Shown piece by piece: positions 39,909 through 49,260 of a stretch of 64,000 nt of DNA (its first letter is position 1; every line of letters starts with the position of its first letter). The stretch spans positions 22,649-86,648 of the forward strand of contig JARJMZ020000004.1 of assembly GCA_029335875.2 (NCBI GenBank). The letters are read 5' to 3'. The DNA is from Thermoprotei archaeon. Lineage in GTDB: Archaea > Thermoproteota > Thermoprotei_A > Sulfolobales > Acidilobaceae. Under the pieces are notes generated by a model. It was given only the letters and a program-made list of their open reading frames with translations, was not told where the DNA came from and did not search any database. The position numbers and the translations under genes are program-made.

Positions 39909-40157
39909 ATTGTTGCCGAAACCCAATTCCATGATTTTAGGCCCGGCTCCCCCTCAGCCCCTTGGGGGCTACATTGGCTGGCATTACTGGGGCCTCCCTG
40001 CGCTCTCCTCCAACTACCAATCATAGGAGCGGGCTCACATAGCGTGGAAGCCTTAAAATAACTTTAAGCTTCCATTTCACATTATTATGTCCTTAAATGC
40101 CTCTAAGCAGCCATGTTAGCAGGGAAACACCAGAGATTTTACTCTAGAAGACAGTCT
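39909..40157 (-). repeat. interspersed element copy E (about 249 bp)
   Basis: The reverse complement aligns with C, D and G (CTTCTAGAGTAAAATCTCTGGTGTTTCCCTGCTAACATGGCTGCTTAGAGGCATTTAAGG...GGGAGGCCCCAGTAATGCC...). Its 5' end lies 17 nt from the pus10 start codon. Confidence 0.88.
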
Positions 40158-40174
40158 TTTAATGGGGGGTTTGT

Positions 40175-41458
40175 GTGGATTTCGTGTTTAAGGCTTTGGG
40201 GGTTTTGAGGGAGAGGCCTTTATGTGATAGGTGTCTTGGCAGGTTTTTTGCTAGGCTTGGTTATGGGTGGTCTAATCTTGATAGGGGTTCTGCTATTAAG
40301 AGGGTTATAGTTATGTATTATCATTGGAGGGTTAAGTCTGGCGATAGGGGTGCTTTGGAGGAGTTCCTCTCTGTAGCCCCTAATATTGGGGTTGAGGCCT
40401 CAGGGCTTTATAGGCTCCTTACGGGGGGAGATCTCGGGGCTAGACCTTGCTCTATTTGTGGTGGTGTCCTTGAGAGTTTCCTCGACAAGGTTGCCGGCGA
40501 TGTTGCGGGGCTTTTGAGGGTTTATGGTGTTAGGAGGTTTATCATAGGGGTTAAGCCTAGCGGCGATATCCTGGGTGTTGAGGAGGAGATAGCTTCTAAA
40601 CATTCCCTAGACGGGTGGGAGTCTATTAAGAACGAGATTAAGAGGGAGGTTGGTAAGAGGGTTGAATCTCTGGGGTTCACAGCGGACTTCACGAGCCCCG
40701 AGGCTATGGTTATTATAGGGTTCCCCGGCGGCGGGCTCGAAATTATAGTTAATAGCCTAATCCTGGCGGGCAGGTATTGGAAGAGGGGGAGGCTCGTAAG
40801 CCAAGCATACTGGCCTAGTTTCGAGGGTGCAAAGTACTACTCTATAGAAGAGGCCCTCACACCCCTCCTAAGGATCGCTGAAGGCGAGAGCATAGTCTTC
40901 CACGCTGCGGGGAGGGAGGATGTGGATGCTAGGATGCTCGGCACCGGGAGGCCTGTCCTGGTTGAAGTTAAAGCTCCGAGGGTTAGGGAGCTGGAATTCT
41001 CCGAGGTCGAGAGGGCTGTCCAGGAGGCTTCCAAAGGCCTCGTTGCCTTCAAGTTTGAAGGCTACGCTAACAGGAGCATGGTTAAGGTTTACAAGGAGGA
41101 AGCCACTGTTAAGAGTAAAGTCTATAAAGCTCTCATAGCTGTAAGGGGTGGCATAGAAGAGGGGGAGCTGGCAAGGCTTGAAGAAGCTCTAAGAGGGGCG
41201 GCAATAACTCAGAGGACCCCCCTGAGAATACTGCGTAGGAAGAAGGACATTACAAGGGCTAAGAAAGTCTACGAGGTTAAATGTAGAATCCTAGGCGGAC
41301 CCCTCATAGAATGCCTAATAAAAGCCTCTGGAGGACTCTACGTTAAAGAACTTATAAGCGGGGATAACGGGAGAACAAGGCCCAGCTTCACAGAAATACT
41401 AGGCAGGGAAGCCTCATGCCTCGAACTCGACGTGCTACTAGTCACCCCTATAAGCTAA
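40175..41458 (+). CDS. pus10: tRNA pseudouridine synthase Pus10
   Basis: N-terminal Zn module LCDRCLGRFFARLG...CSICGG, a THUMP-like middle and a C-terminal catalytic domain with a GREDVDARMLGTGRP-type motif. Confidence 0.85.
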   Translation: MDFVFKALGVLRERPLCDRCLGRFFARLGYGWSNLDRGSAIKRVIVMYYHWRVKSGDRGALEEFLSVAPNIGVEASGLYRLLTGGDLGARPCSICGGVLESFLDKVAGDVAGLLRVYGVRRFIIGVKPSGDILGVEEEIASKHSLDGWESIKNEIKREVGKRVESLGFTADFTSPEAMVIIGFPGGGLEIIVNSLILAGRYWKRGRLVSQAYWPSFEGAKYYSIEEALTPLLRIAEGESIVFHAAGREDVDARMLGTGRPVLVEVKAPRVRELEFSEVERAVQEASKGLVAFKFEGYANRSMVKVYKEEATVKSKVYKALIAVRGGIEEGELARLEEALRGAAITQRTPLRILRRKKDITRAKKVYEVKCRILGGPLIECLIKASGGLYVKELISGDNGRTRPSFTEILGREASCLELDVLLVTPIS

Positions 41459-42100
41459 TATCGCTCGGAGCTCCTCATAGAAGAACCTTCTAAAGCCCAG
41501 CCTCTCAACTTTAAAGCCCAGCTTTAAAGCTAAAGCCCCGGAATCCACGGGTGACAAGGTAGAGTACACAGTCAAAACCTCCCTCGAGACGTTGAAAGCC
41601 TCTAGGAGAAGCTCGTACATGAGCCCGGAGCCGCTCCAAGCATACTCAACCCACTCTAAACAATCTCGGGGCTCTCGAGGAGGCTCTCCAGGGAGGTAGG
41701 GAGGGTTTAAAATGACCAGGTCCCACGAGCTTTCCAGGCATGAGAGCCCAAAACACCTTACAACGTGAACTTCCGGGGGCAGGTTTCTCCTCGAAAGCTC
41801 CACAGCGTAGGGTGATATATCTATGGCTGCGAGGACCGGGGGTTTGAAGAGCTTGTAGGCTGCTAGGGCCAGGATCCCGGTCCCGGAGCCCACGTCTACG
41901 ATCCTATCATAGGCTTTGCCTTGGCTTTTAAGTTTCATGAGGGCTTCTATGAGGAGCCACGTGTCGTCTGAGGGGTTGTATACGCAGGGGTGAAGCTCTA
42001 GGGTTAATGTTCCGGCGGATCCCAGGCTTACTTGTAAAATTCTAGGAGCCTCTCCAGGTCTTCCACTGTTAACTCTTTCACTCTCTTCTCTTTGAGCCAT
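41438..42100 (-). CDS. class I SAM-dependent methyltransferase, HemK/PrmC (Mtq2)-like
   Basis: SAM motif VDVGSGTGILA and the N5-glutamine/N6-adenine motif NPPY (ILNPPYLPG). The annotated N-terminus overlaps ksgA by 73 nt, so the true start may be internal. Confidence 0.72.
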   Translation of the reverse strand: MAQREESERVNSGRPGEAPRILQVSLGSAGTLTLELHPCVYNPSDDTWLLIEALMKLKSQGKAYDRIVDVGSGTGILALAAYKLFKPPVLAAIDISPYAVELSRRNLPPEVHVVRCFGLSCLESSWDLVILNPPYLPGEPPREPRDCLEWVEYAWSGSGLMYELLLEAFNVSREVLTVYSTLSPVDSGALALKLGFKVERLGFRRFFYEELRAILAYRGD

Positions 42101-42849
42101 TCTAGGCCCCCTTCAACTCCCAGGCATTTAGAGGCCATTTTAGAGGCTTTCTTATTCCTCCCAGAGAAGAGGCATCTTGAGAGTTCCTCGAAAGCATCAT
42201 CCCCCTCTCTCCACTCTCTGATCCTTGAGAGTTCCACGACAGCACCGTGAACTTCAGGCTGGGGGTAATAGTAGCTTCTAGGTATAACCCCCACTATTCT
42301 AGCTTTGAAGTACCTCTCCACTAGTAGTGTGAGCCTCCCGTAATCGGGGCTTCCAGGCTCCGCTATCATCCTGGAGGCCAGCTCCCTCTGAACTCCCAGA
42401 ACCGCATAGGCTATGTTATTGTTCTCCGCCACAGCCCTCAAAATAACGCTTGAAAGGCTGTAGGGGGTATTAGAATACAAAACTTTAAGGCTCGTAGACC
42501 TAGAATGGTCGACCCCATCGCCCACAACAACAGCAACATTCTCCGGAGCTACCCCCGACAAGTGCTCTGCTAGACTCCTATCAACCTCCACGGCAACTAT
42601 CCTAGAAGCCAAGCCTGCAGCGTGGAGAGTGAGGGCTCCAAGACCCGGGCCTACCTCCATCATATCACTGTAGGGAGCCCTGGAGAGAGGCTCTAGGAAG
42701 AACTCAAGCCCCCTAGGGTCTACTAGAAAATGCTGCCCCAAGGATTCCCTAGGCTTTACCCCCAGCCTCTCAAGATTCTCTAAAGTCCACTCTAAAAGAC
42801 TCCTCCGCGTGAACGTCAAGCTGATAGCGAAGCACCCGCCCCACGCCAT
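42028..42849 (-). CDS. ksgA: 16S rRNA dimethyladenosine transferase (KsgA/Dim1)
   Basis: LGQHFLVD, EVGPGLGALT and SNTPYSLSS motifs. Confidence 0.9.
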   Translation of the reverse strand: MAWGGCFAISLTFTRRSLLEWTLENLERLGVKPRESLGQHFLVDPRGLEFFLEPLSRAPYSDMMEVGPGLGALTLHAAGLASRIVAVEVDRSLAEHLSGVAPENVAVVVGDGVDHSRSTSLKVLYSNTPYSLSSVILRAVAENNNIAYAVLGVQRELASRMIAEPGSPDYGRLTLLVERYFKARIVGVIPRSYYYPQPEVHGAVVELSRIREWREGDDAFEELSRCLFSGRNKKASKMASKCLGVEGGLEWLKEKRVKELTVEDLERLLEFYK

Positions 42850-42922
42850 ATTTCAGGGTTTAAGAGTTTAAATAAATATTCGACCACACTATGAAACCAT
42901 CCAAAAGGACTTGAACTTTTAG

Positions 42923-42958
42923 ATTAAGGGGATTCAATAAATTAAGGGGATTCAATAA
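42923..42958. repeat. perfect 2 x 18-nt tandem duplication in the ksgA upstream intergenic region
   Basis: ATTAAGGGGATTCAATAA occurs at 42923-42940 and again at 42941-42958. Confidence 0.9.
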
Positions 42959-42995
42959 ACCCAAAGCCCTTAACGGGGAAGGCTGCACGCCCCCA

Positions 42996-43916
42996 CTAGG
43001 AGCTGCGCAGCTCAGAACTTTTCCTGAAGTATGCTCTCTTGACTTTGCTGAGATAGTCTAAGTATGGAGAGTCGGGGCTCGAAGGCTCTATGAAGAGGTA
43101 GTATCTAGCCTCCCCCCTTATCTCCTCAGATATCTTCTCAGCTAGGGCTGTTAGGGGGTCTATTTTGAGGACCTTCTTGACCTCCTCGAAGCTCTCGAAA
43201 GGCTTCTGCCTCCTCCTCTCGAGGAATGCTGAGAGTACTTTTTTGCCTACTCCTTTGAAGAGTTCGAGGGTGTGGAGTCTCACGTTTATAGCGTCGGCTA
43301 TGTTGAAGAACTCGACGTATATGCGTTCATCTGTTTTTATAATGGCTTTCACCGCTTCCGTAAGATTGCTCTTAGCTATGTCTGTTAGCTCCCCATATTT
43401 GAGGGGGCTCGGGGGGACCACTAGTATTGATGGTGGGAGGCCTTTATCCTCAGCTATCCTGGAGAGCTCGAGGGGGGAGTCTACGAGTAGGGCCCAGCCC
43501 CCCTCCTCCTGTATTGCGGTCTTCAGGGATTCAAGGCCCCACTTATCTAGGGGTGTGAGGGGGTAGCAGTACACGATTTTCTCAGGGCCTGGGAGGCACG
43601 CTAGGACCACCACACTCTTCTTAACCTTCTGGCCCTTCCAGTCAATAGGCTGTATTATTGTTCTCAGGACGCTCCTAGCGAGGGTGACCCTCTGGAGAAC
43701 CTCTACATCACCAAGGGGTATGCCATCTATTAGAGTGAACCTCCTGACCCCTATAGCTTGAGCTATAGGCCTATCCTTATGCTCTTTATGGGGGTCGTTG
43801 TAAAGACCCTGGGGGATATAATCTATGATAATCCCCTCAACCTCAACAGCCGCCGGGTGCTGGGACCTTAACCCCTGCGGCCTCCCAGGCCCCCTCTCAA
43901 AGCCCTCTGACTCCAA
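42996..43916 (-). CDS. DUF655/COG1491-type predicted nucleic-acid-binding protein
   Basis: It sits in the conserved archaeal neighbourhood rpoF-rpl21e-COG1491-ksgA. The N-terminal OB-like region and C-terminal HhH-like region (LHTLELFKGVGKK) fit this family. Confidence 0.65.
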   Translation of the reverse strand: MESEGFERGPGRPQGLRSQHPAAVEVEGIIIDYIPQGLYNDPHKEHKDRPIAQAIGVRRFTLIDGIPLGDVEVLQRVTLARSVLRTIIQPIDWKGQKVKKSVVVLACLPGPEKIVYCYPLTPLDKWGLESLKTAIQEEGGWALLVDSPLELSRIAEDKGLPPSILVVPPSPLKYGELTDIAKSNLTEAVKAIIKTDERIYVEFFNIADAINVRLHTLELFKGVGKKVLSAFLERRRQKPFESFEEVKKVLKIDPLTALAEKISEEIRGEARYYLFIEPSSPDSPYLDYLSKVKRAYFRKSSELRSS

Positions 43917-43985
43917 ATTTTAACCCACCGCCAGCTCCATATAAGATATTATTTAGGTGAATGCTTAAATTTAAAAAACCTCGCC

Positions 43986-44327
43986 CTAACTGGAACAAAA
44001 GCTCCTAAGTATAGATAGGATATTATCGATGAGCTCTGGGTCTAATTTCATCTCCTTCTTCATTGAAAGTATAGATCTAACCTCGCCCTCAGTCTGGGGG
44101 CACACGTTGAGGAGGTTAACTATTACGTCATCGCTTAAACCCAGCTTAGACAAGCTCTCGAAAGCCCTTCTAGCCTCCTCCCCGCTCTTGGAGGCGTGTA
44201 GTAGGAAGTAGTTCCAAGTCCTCTCATGTACCTCCCCTATCCTGTCATGGCCTTCCATCCTCGACTTTAAAGCTTCTCTAGCCTCGTAAACTGTTAGGTA
44301 TCTCTTCCTTATAATGCGCCTGTCCAA
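43986..44327 (-). CDS. rpoF: DNA-directed RNA polymerase subunit F (Rpo4)
   Basis: 113-aa helical protein immediately downstream of rpl21e. The HRDC-like C-terminus (LSKLGLSDDVIVNLLNVCPQT) is as in Rpo4. Confidence 0.72.
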   Translation of the reverse strand: MDRRIIRKRYLTVYEAREALKSRMEGHDRIGEVHERTWNYFLLHASKSGEEARRAFESLSKLGLSDDVIVNLLNVCPQTEGEVRSILSMKKEMKLDPELIDNILSILRSFCSS

Positions 44328-44346
44328 GGATCCCCCTCCGAGGCCC

Positions 44347-44658
44347 CTAGTTGGAGCTTTGCTGTTTTAGGGGTTTGAGGTGGACTGGTGACACGTAAAG
44401 GATCTTCCTCTTCTCTCCGAGGTATACTTCCACCTCGTAGGCTTCCCCCCTCCTACCTGTTATTGTGCCTGTGAGCCCATGGTACCTCCTATGGGGCATG
44501 GCCTTGTGGTAGCTGGAGTTTATCACTATAGCCACTTTATCCCCTACATTATACTCTCTCAAGAGGGAGCTCAGCCTCGGGATCGACCCTTTCTCTCTAA
44601 CGTTTTTCCTTAGGAGCTTCCTAGTCCTATTCCTATACCCTCTAGGCGCCTTAACCAT
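44347..44658 (-). CDS. rpl21e: 50S ribosomal protein L21e
   Basis: MVKAPRGYRNRTRKLL... with an SH3-like core (GDKVAIVINSS). Confidence 0.9.
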   Translation of the reverse strand: MVKAPRGYRNRTRKLLRKNVREKGSIPRLSSLLREYNVGDKVAIVINSSYHKAMPHRRYHGLTGTITGRRGEAYEVEVYLGEKRKILYVSPVHLKPLKQQSSN

Positions 44659-44768
44659 AGATTTACACCCTGAGGCTTCAGGTTTCCCTCACACCTATTA
44701 TATTTTAATAGTCTCCAGCTGGAAGTTTCACTTGGAGCGCTTACTCAGAGCTTAACGGTGGGCTTGAA

Positions 44769-45503
44769 ATGGATAAGTTAAGGCTCATCCTCGTGGGTGT
44801 TGAGGGGGCTGTTAATATGGGGATGATAGCTAGGCTCGCGGAGAACTTCTCAGTAGACGAGTTTTACCTTGTCAGCCCGGTGGCTAGCATCGATGAAGCT
44901 CTAGAATACGCCGCTAGGGCTGCAGACAGGCTCCTAGGGGCCCGCATAGTCTCGAGTCTAGATGAGGCTCTCGAGGGGGTTAGCCTATCCATATGCACTT
45001 CAGCCTCAGCCTCGGGAGAAGACGTTCTGAGGATACCCGTGAAGCCTCATGAGGCAGCCGAGCTGGCAGCATCCGTGAAAGGCACTGTAGCCCTAGTTAT
45101 GGGGAGGGAGAGCGTTGGCCTCACGAGGCTAGAGATTAGCAAGTGCACCCTACTGGCAACAATAGAGGCTAGCCCTAAATACCCGGAGCTCAACCTCTCA
45201 AACGCCACCGCCATAATGCTATATGAACTCTTCAAAGTAAGAGGAAAACCACATTACGCGGAAGAACCGGCAGACCCAAACCTCATATGGCTCATAGAAG
45301 CATACGCTAGATCCCTAGCGGAACTCCTGATAGCTGATAAAAGGAGGGTTGAGGAAGTAGCCCTAGCCTTTAGAAGGGTCGCAGCCAAGAACATAGTCCA
45401 CAGGAAAGAAGCGGAGAACATAGTGTTAATCCTATCTAAAGCCTGCAGGAGGCTGGGCGAGTGCAGGATAGAAACTCCAGCACAAACTAGAGAGTCAAGT
45501 TAG
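44769..45503 (+). CDS. SpoU/TrmH-family RNA 2'-O-methyltransferase (aTrmJ-like)
   Basis: LILVGVEGAVNMGMIARLAENF and the SPOUT knot motifs LVMGRESVGL and LNLSNATAIMLYE. Confidence 0.8.
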   Translation: MDKLRLILVGVEGAVNMGMIARLAENFSVDEFYLVSPVASIDEALEYAARAADRLLGARIVSSLDEALEGVSLSICTSASASGEDVLRIPVKPHEAAELAASVKGTVALVMGRESVGLTRLEISKCTLLATIEASPKYPELNLSNATAIMLYELFKVRGKPHYAEEPADPNLIWLIEAYARSLAELLIADKRRVEEVALAFRRVAAKNIVHRKEAENIVLILSKACRRLGECRIETPAQTRESS

Positions 45504-45860
45504 AGAGCGTTCCACCATTTCTTCACTAGCGGAGTTAACCCTACTCCCCCCCATTTCGAGGAACGTGGGGCTTTATAGGGGCTAACGCTACGGGCCAACG
45601 GTCTCCACTATTAATATCTATCATCCTCTGCATAGCGGGCTGCTGGGGTTCGAGTTCCCCTTATTGTTTAAACATTTATACAGCTCGGTTTACAGGGAGG
45701 CTTTAAAGTTGTATTATGGTGTTACAGGTTGCAGGCGGCGACTCTGGGTGTGGGGGGTTATGGGTATTAATGCGGCTTCCACTCGGTCCACGGTGTTTAA
45801 AGGCTGGCGCATATGTAGAGTATATAAGACCTAGTATTTTACTGTTTCCTGGGGGTTCGC

Positions 45861-46298
45861 TTGGCTTTAGAGCTTAGGCCTGAGTGGAAGAAGTTTAGGT
45901 ATAGGGGTAGGAGTTTGGAGGAGCTTATGAAGATGCCCCTTTCGGAGCTAGCTAAGCTTCTACCTTCTAAGCAGAGGAGGAGGCTTTTGAGGGGGTTTAC
46001 GCCAGCCCAGCAGATACTTTTAAGGAAAATTAGGAGGGCTAGGAGGCAGGCTGCTGAGAAGGGTCTTGATAAGGTTCCTGTAATCAAGACTAGGGTTAGG
46101 GATATGATCATACTCCCTGAGATGGTTGGGTTAACCATAGCAGTCCATAATGGTAAAGAGTATGTGCCTGTGAGGATAGCTCCTGAAATGATAGGACACT
46201 ATCTTGGAGAGTTCGCCCCTACTTGTAGGGCTGTCCAGCATGGGGAGCCCGGGTTAAAGGCTACTAAGAGCAGCCTCCACCTCTCGGGCCAGAAGTGA
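45861..46298 (+). CDS. rps19: 30S ribosomal protein S19 (uS19)
   Basis: [14 protein letters not shown]...[12 protein letters not shown]...[16 protein letters not shown]-like TATATAAG lies at 45821-45828, upstream of the TTG start. Confidence 0.9.
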   Translation: MALELRPEWKKFRYRGRSLEELMKMPLSELAKLLPSKQRRRLLRGFTPAQQILLRKIRRARRQAAEKGLDKVPVIKTRVRDMIILPEMVGLTIAVHNGKEYVPVRIAPEMIGHYLGEFAPTCRAVQHGEPGLKATKSSLHLSGQK

Positions 46299-46307
46299 GG
46301 GTGTTGA

Positions 46308-46784
46308 GTGTTGCCTGAGTGGAGCTATTCTCTCAAATTTAGGGATGAGGCTAGCATAGCTAAAGCTATGATGTGGGATGTTCCTGTTCACCCCAAAGTT
46401 ATGAGGGAGGTGTGCGAAGCGGTAAGGGGCATGAAGGTTAAGGAAGCTAAAGAATACCTGAAGAGGGTTGTCGATAAAGTTGAGCCCGTCCCCTTCAGGA
46501 GAGCTCACCGTAAACAAGCCCATAAGAGGGGCCTCGCAGACAAGTGGGGCTGGCCTGCGGGGAGGTATCCAGTGAAGGCTGCTAGATACCTTTTAAAACT
46601 ATTGGATAACGTTGAGAATAACGCTGAAGTTAAGGGCCTCGATGTAGAGAGGATTAAGATAATACACATAGCCTCCCATAAGGGCCTCACGATTAAAAGG
46701 TGGATGCCGAGGGCTTTCGGGAGGGCGACTCCAAGGTTTAGAGTTACCAGCCACGTGGAAATCGTAGTCTCGGAGGGTGAATAG
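46308..46784 (+). CDS. rpl22: 50S ribosomal protein L22 (uL22)
   Basis: Position after S19 and family pattern (VPFRRAHRKQAHK..., HIASHKG...RAFGRATP). Confidence 0.88.
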   Translation: MLPEWSYSLKFRDEASIAKAMMWDVPVHPKVMREVCEAVRGMKVKEAKEYLKRVVDKVEPVPFRRAHRKQAHKRGLADKWGWPAGRYPVKAARYLLKLLDNVENNAEVKGLDVERIKIIHIASHKGLTIKRWMPRAFGRATPRFRVTSHVEIVVSEGE

Positions 46785-46810
46785 CTCTGACTAAGATTAA
46801 GAAGTATTTC

Positions 46811-47530
46811 TTGAGCCAGTCCATCCTGAGGGTTAAGGTTGACGAGTATCTGGCCCACAACTTCTACGAGGCAGGCTATAGTGGGGTTCACATTGTTAAG
46901 ACAGCTTTAGGCGTTAGAGTGCACATTTACGCTGAAAGGCCAGCTTTAATAATAGGGAGGAGGGGCTCAACAATAAGGGATCTCCAAAAGATATTCGCAA
47001 CAGTTTTCGGCATGGACAACCCGCAGATAACAGTGAGCCAGCAGGAGAACCCCGAGCTTGACGCTAGGATCCAGGCTTTCAGGATTGTTAGGCTCATAGA
47101 GAGGGGCTTCCACTTCAGGCGCGTCGCGTTCGCAGTGCTTAGGAGGATAATGGCTAATGGGGCTTTAGGCGTGGAAATAACTGTTAGCGGTAAGCTGGTG
47201 GCTGAGAGGTCTAGGTTTGAAAAGTATAGGGAGGGTAGGGTTTACAAGGCGGGCCATGTTGTTGACGAGCTCGTGGATAAGGCTGTAGCCTATGCGAGAC
47301 TCCCTAAGGGCATTATAGGGGTTGAAGTTTTAATAGTGAAGCCTGGAACCCCTCCAGACCATGTTAGGGTTAGAGAGGCTGGTGAGGTTAAAGAGTTCGT
47401 GGCCAAGGTTAGAGAGGAGGTTGCAGCCAAAGGCTTCAAAGCCCCGGAGTTCGAGGAGCTGGAGGGGGTGCTGGAGGAGGCTGAGGAGATAGAGCTGGAG
47501 GAGGTTGATGAGGTTGGCTCCCAAACATAA
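46811..47530 (+). CDS. rps3: 30S ribosomal protein S3 (uS3)
   Basis: KH domain IIGRRGSTIRDLQ and an acidic C-terminal tail. The S3-like frame is open back to 46778 (IALTKIKKYF...) with no canonical start codon there, so the start is uncertain. Confidence 0.88.
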   Translation: MSQSILRVKVDEYLAHNFYEAGYSGVHIVKTALGVRVHIYAERPALIIGRRGSTIRDLQKIFATVFGMDNPQITVSQQENPELDARIQAFRIVRLIERGFHFRRVAFAVLRRIMANGALGVEITVSGKLVAERSRFEKYREGRVYKAGHVVDELVDKAVAYARLPKGIIGVEVLIVKPGTPPDHVRVREAGEVKEFVAKVREEVAAKGFKAPEFEELEGVLEEAEEIELEEVDEVGSQT

Positions 47531-47729
47531 AGTCAGGGCTAGGGATTTAAGAAACATGAAGCCCGAGGAGAGGGAGAAGATGTTGGAAGAGTTCACCCAG
47601 GAGCTGGTAAAGTTGAAGTATCAAGCTTCCATAAGCACGTTGAAAACCCCGGGGAGGCTTAGGGAGCTCAAGAGGAATGTTGCGAGGATCTTAACAGTAA
47701 TGGGGGAGGAGGCTAGGGGCGGAAAGTAG
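47508..47729 (+). CDS. rpl29: 50S ribosomal protein L29 (uL29)
   Basis: ARDLRNMKPEEREKMLEEFTQELVKLKYQ...ARILTV. Confidence 0.85.
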   Translation: MRLAPKHKVRARDLRNMKPEEREKMLEEFTQELVKLKYQASISTLKTPGRLRELKRNVARILTVMGEEARGGK

Positions 47730-47731
47730 AG

Positions 47732-48031
47732 TTGAGGATTTCGAAGTTTAACGTTTTATGCCACGAGCTAATAGGCTTAAAGGCTAGAATCCTCAGCCAC
47801 CCCGACCCGAGCTTGAGGGGGGTTGAGGGGGTTATAGTGTGGGAGTCCCCGAGGGCTATCCAAATGGACTTGGGCTCTAGGAGGATTACAGTACTTAAGC
47901 CTGGCTCTACACTCTTACTTCAGATGCCTGAAGGTGAATGGGTTAGAGTTAAGGGTGACGAGCTCTTGGGCGGCCCCTTCGACAGGGCTAGGAGAATGGT
48001 TAGGGGTGAGGGGTGTAGTGCCGGCTTTTAA
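47732..48031 (+). CDS. rnp1: RNase P protein component 1 (Rpp29/Pop4)
   Basis: ELIGLKARILSHPDPSLRGVEGVIVWESPRAI Sm-like barrel. It sits in the canonical position between L29 and S17. Confidence 0.85.
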   Translation: MRISKFNVLCHELIGLKARILSHPDPSLRGVEGVIVWESPRAIQMDLGSRRITVLKPGSTLLLQMPEGEWVRVKGDELLGGPFDRARRMVRGEGCSAGF

Positions 48032-48359
48032 GCTGGTTAAAAATTTGAAAGTGCCGGGTGTTGAGGCTCCGAGGGAAGCGTGTAAAGACCCTAACTGCCC
48101 GTGGCATGGGACTTTGAAGGTTAGAGGGCTGATTCTTGAGGGTCTGGTTGAGAAGGCTAGGGCTAAGAAGATGGCTGTTGTTAGGCACGAGTACCTATAC
48201 TATTCTGAGAAGTATATGAGGTATGAGAGGAGGATGAGCAGGATACACGTCCACGTCCCCGAATGTATAAGAGTGGAGCCCGGCCAGAAAGTGGTCATAG
48301 GAGAGTGTAGGCCCATAGCTAAAACCGTTAAATTCGTCGTGCTAGGCGTCAAGGGGTAG
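48006..48359 (+). CDS. rps17: 30S ribosomal protein S17 (uS17)
   Basis: CKDPNCPWHGTLKVRG...VVIGECRPIAKTVKFVVL. The track ORF starts at 47934 inside rnp1. GTG 48006 or 48018 is a more plausible start. Confidence 0.85.
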   Translation: MRGVVPAFKLVKNLKVPGVEAPREACKDPNCPWHGTLKVRGLILEGLVEKARAKKMAVVRHEYLYYSEKYMRYERRMSRIHVHVPECIRVEPGQKVVIGECRPIAKTVKFVVLGVKG

Positions 48360-48365
48360 GGGGCT

Positions 48366-48788
48366 ATGGCGGGCAAGAGGAAGTATTCGATAACAGCTCC
48401 TAGGGGTAAGGTCAACGAGGGGCTCCAGGTAGGTAGTTATGTTACTGTAGCCGATAATAGTGGGGCTAGGGAGGCTATGATCATAAACGTCCCCCTAATA
48501 AAGACTAGGCTTAGGAGAGTCCCCTTCGCCGGCATTGGGGACCTAGTCATCGTCTCGGTCAAGAAGGGGACGCCGCAACTCAGAAAACAGGTTGTATACG
48601 CTGTAGTTATCAGGCAGAGGAGGCCCTTCAAGAGGCCTGACGGGGTCTGGGTCTCCTTCGAGGATAACGCTGTCATCCTAGTGAACCCCGACGGCACCCC
48701 TAGAGCTAGCGAGATTAGGGGGCCGGTAGCTAGGGAAGCTGCTGAAAGGTGGCCTAAAGTGGCTAAACTAGCCACGATTATAGTCTAG
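48366..48788 (+). CDS. rpl14: 50S ribosomal protein L14 (uL14)
   Basis: VADNSGAREAMII...VVIRQRRPFKRPDG...FEDNAVILV. Confidence 0.92.
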   Translation: MAGKRKYSITAPRGKVNEGLQVGSYVTVADNSGAREAMIINVPLIKTRLRRVPFAGIGDLVIVSVKKGTPQLRKQVVYAVVIRQRRPFKRPDGVWVSFEDNAVILVNPDGTPRASEIRGPVAREAAERWPKVAKLATIIV

Positions 48789-48797
48789 GTGGTGCTC

Positions 48798-49259
48798 ATG
48801 GCGAAGCTCACAGCTAGCAGACAGCCTAGGAAGCAGAGGCTCGCACTCCTAGAAGCGCCTTTGCACGCGAGGCAGAAGCTCATGGCAGCCCCTCTGAGCC
48901 CGGAGCTTAGGGAGAAATATGGGGTTAAGAACATGCCGGTGAGGAAGGGAGATAAGGTTAGGATATTGAGGGGGGACTTTAAGGGTCGTGAGGGCTCTGT
49001 GGTTAGAGTTGATTTGAGGAAGCTTAGAATATATGTTGACGGCGTCACCGTCAAGAAGCTAGATGGGACGCCCAGGTTCGTCCCCATACATCCGTCTAAG
49101 GTCATGATAGTCTCTTTAAGCCTTAAGGATAAGAGGAGGAGGGCTATAATAGAGAGGAGGACGGGGGCAGAGGTTAAGGAGGAGGCTGGGGAGGTTAAGC
49201 CTGAAACTGTTCGAGAGACTCCTGAGGCTTCCACTGGAGGGGGTGCTGCGAGTGGGTAA
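48798..49259 (+). CDS. rpl24: 50S ribosomal protein L24 (uL24)
   Basis: KOW motif [22 protein letters not shown] charged C-terminal extension is present. Confidence 0.88.
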   Translation: MAKLTASRQPRKQRLALLEAPLHARQKLMAAPLSPELREKYGVKNMPVRKGDKVRILRGDFKGREGSVVRVDLRKLRIYVDGVTVKKLDGTPRFVPIHPSKVMIVSLSLKDKRRRAIIERRTGAEVKEEAGEVKPETVRETPEASTGGGAASG

Positions 49260-49260
49260 A

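Noticed and set aside
45643-45660. tRNA-like T-arm CTGGGGTTCGAGTTCCCC upstream of the S19 operon.
   Set aside because: I could not fold a matching acceptor stem, anticodon arm or D arm around it. At best it is a tRNA fragment, which is unsupported.
47934-48005. A long N-terminal extension of S17 overlapping rnp1 by about 100 nt.
   Set aside because: The extension has no S17 similarity. S17 homology begins near KNLKVPG, so an internal GTG start (48006 or 48018) is more plausible.
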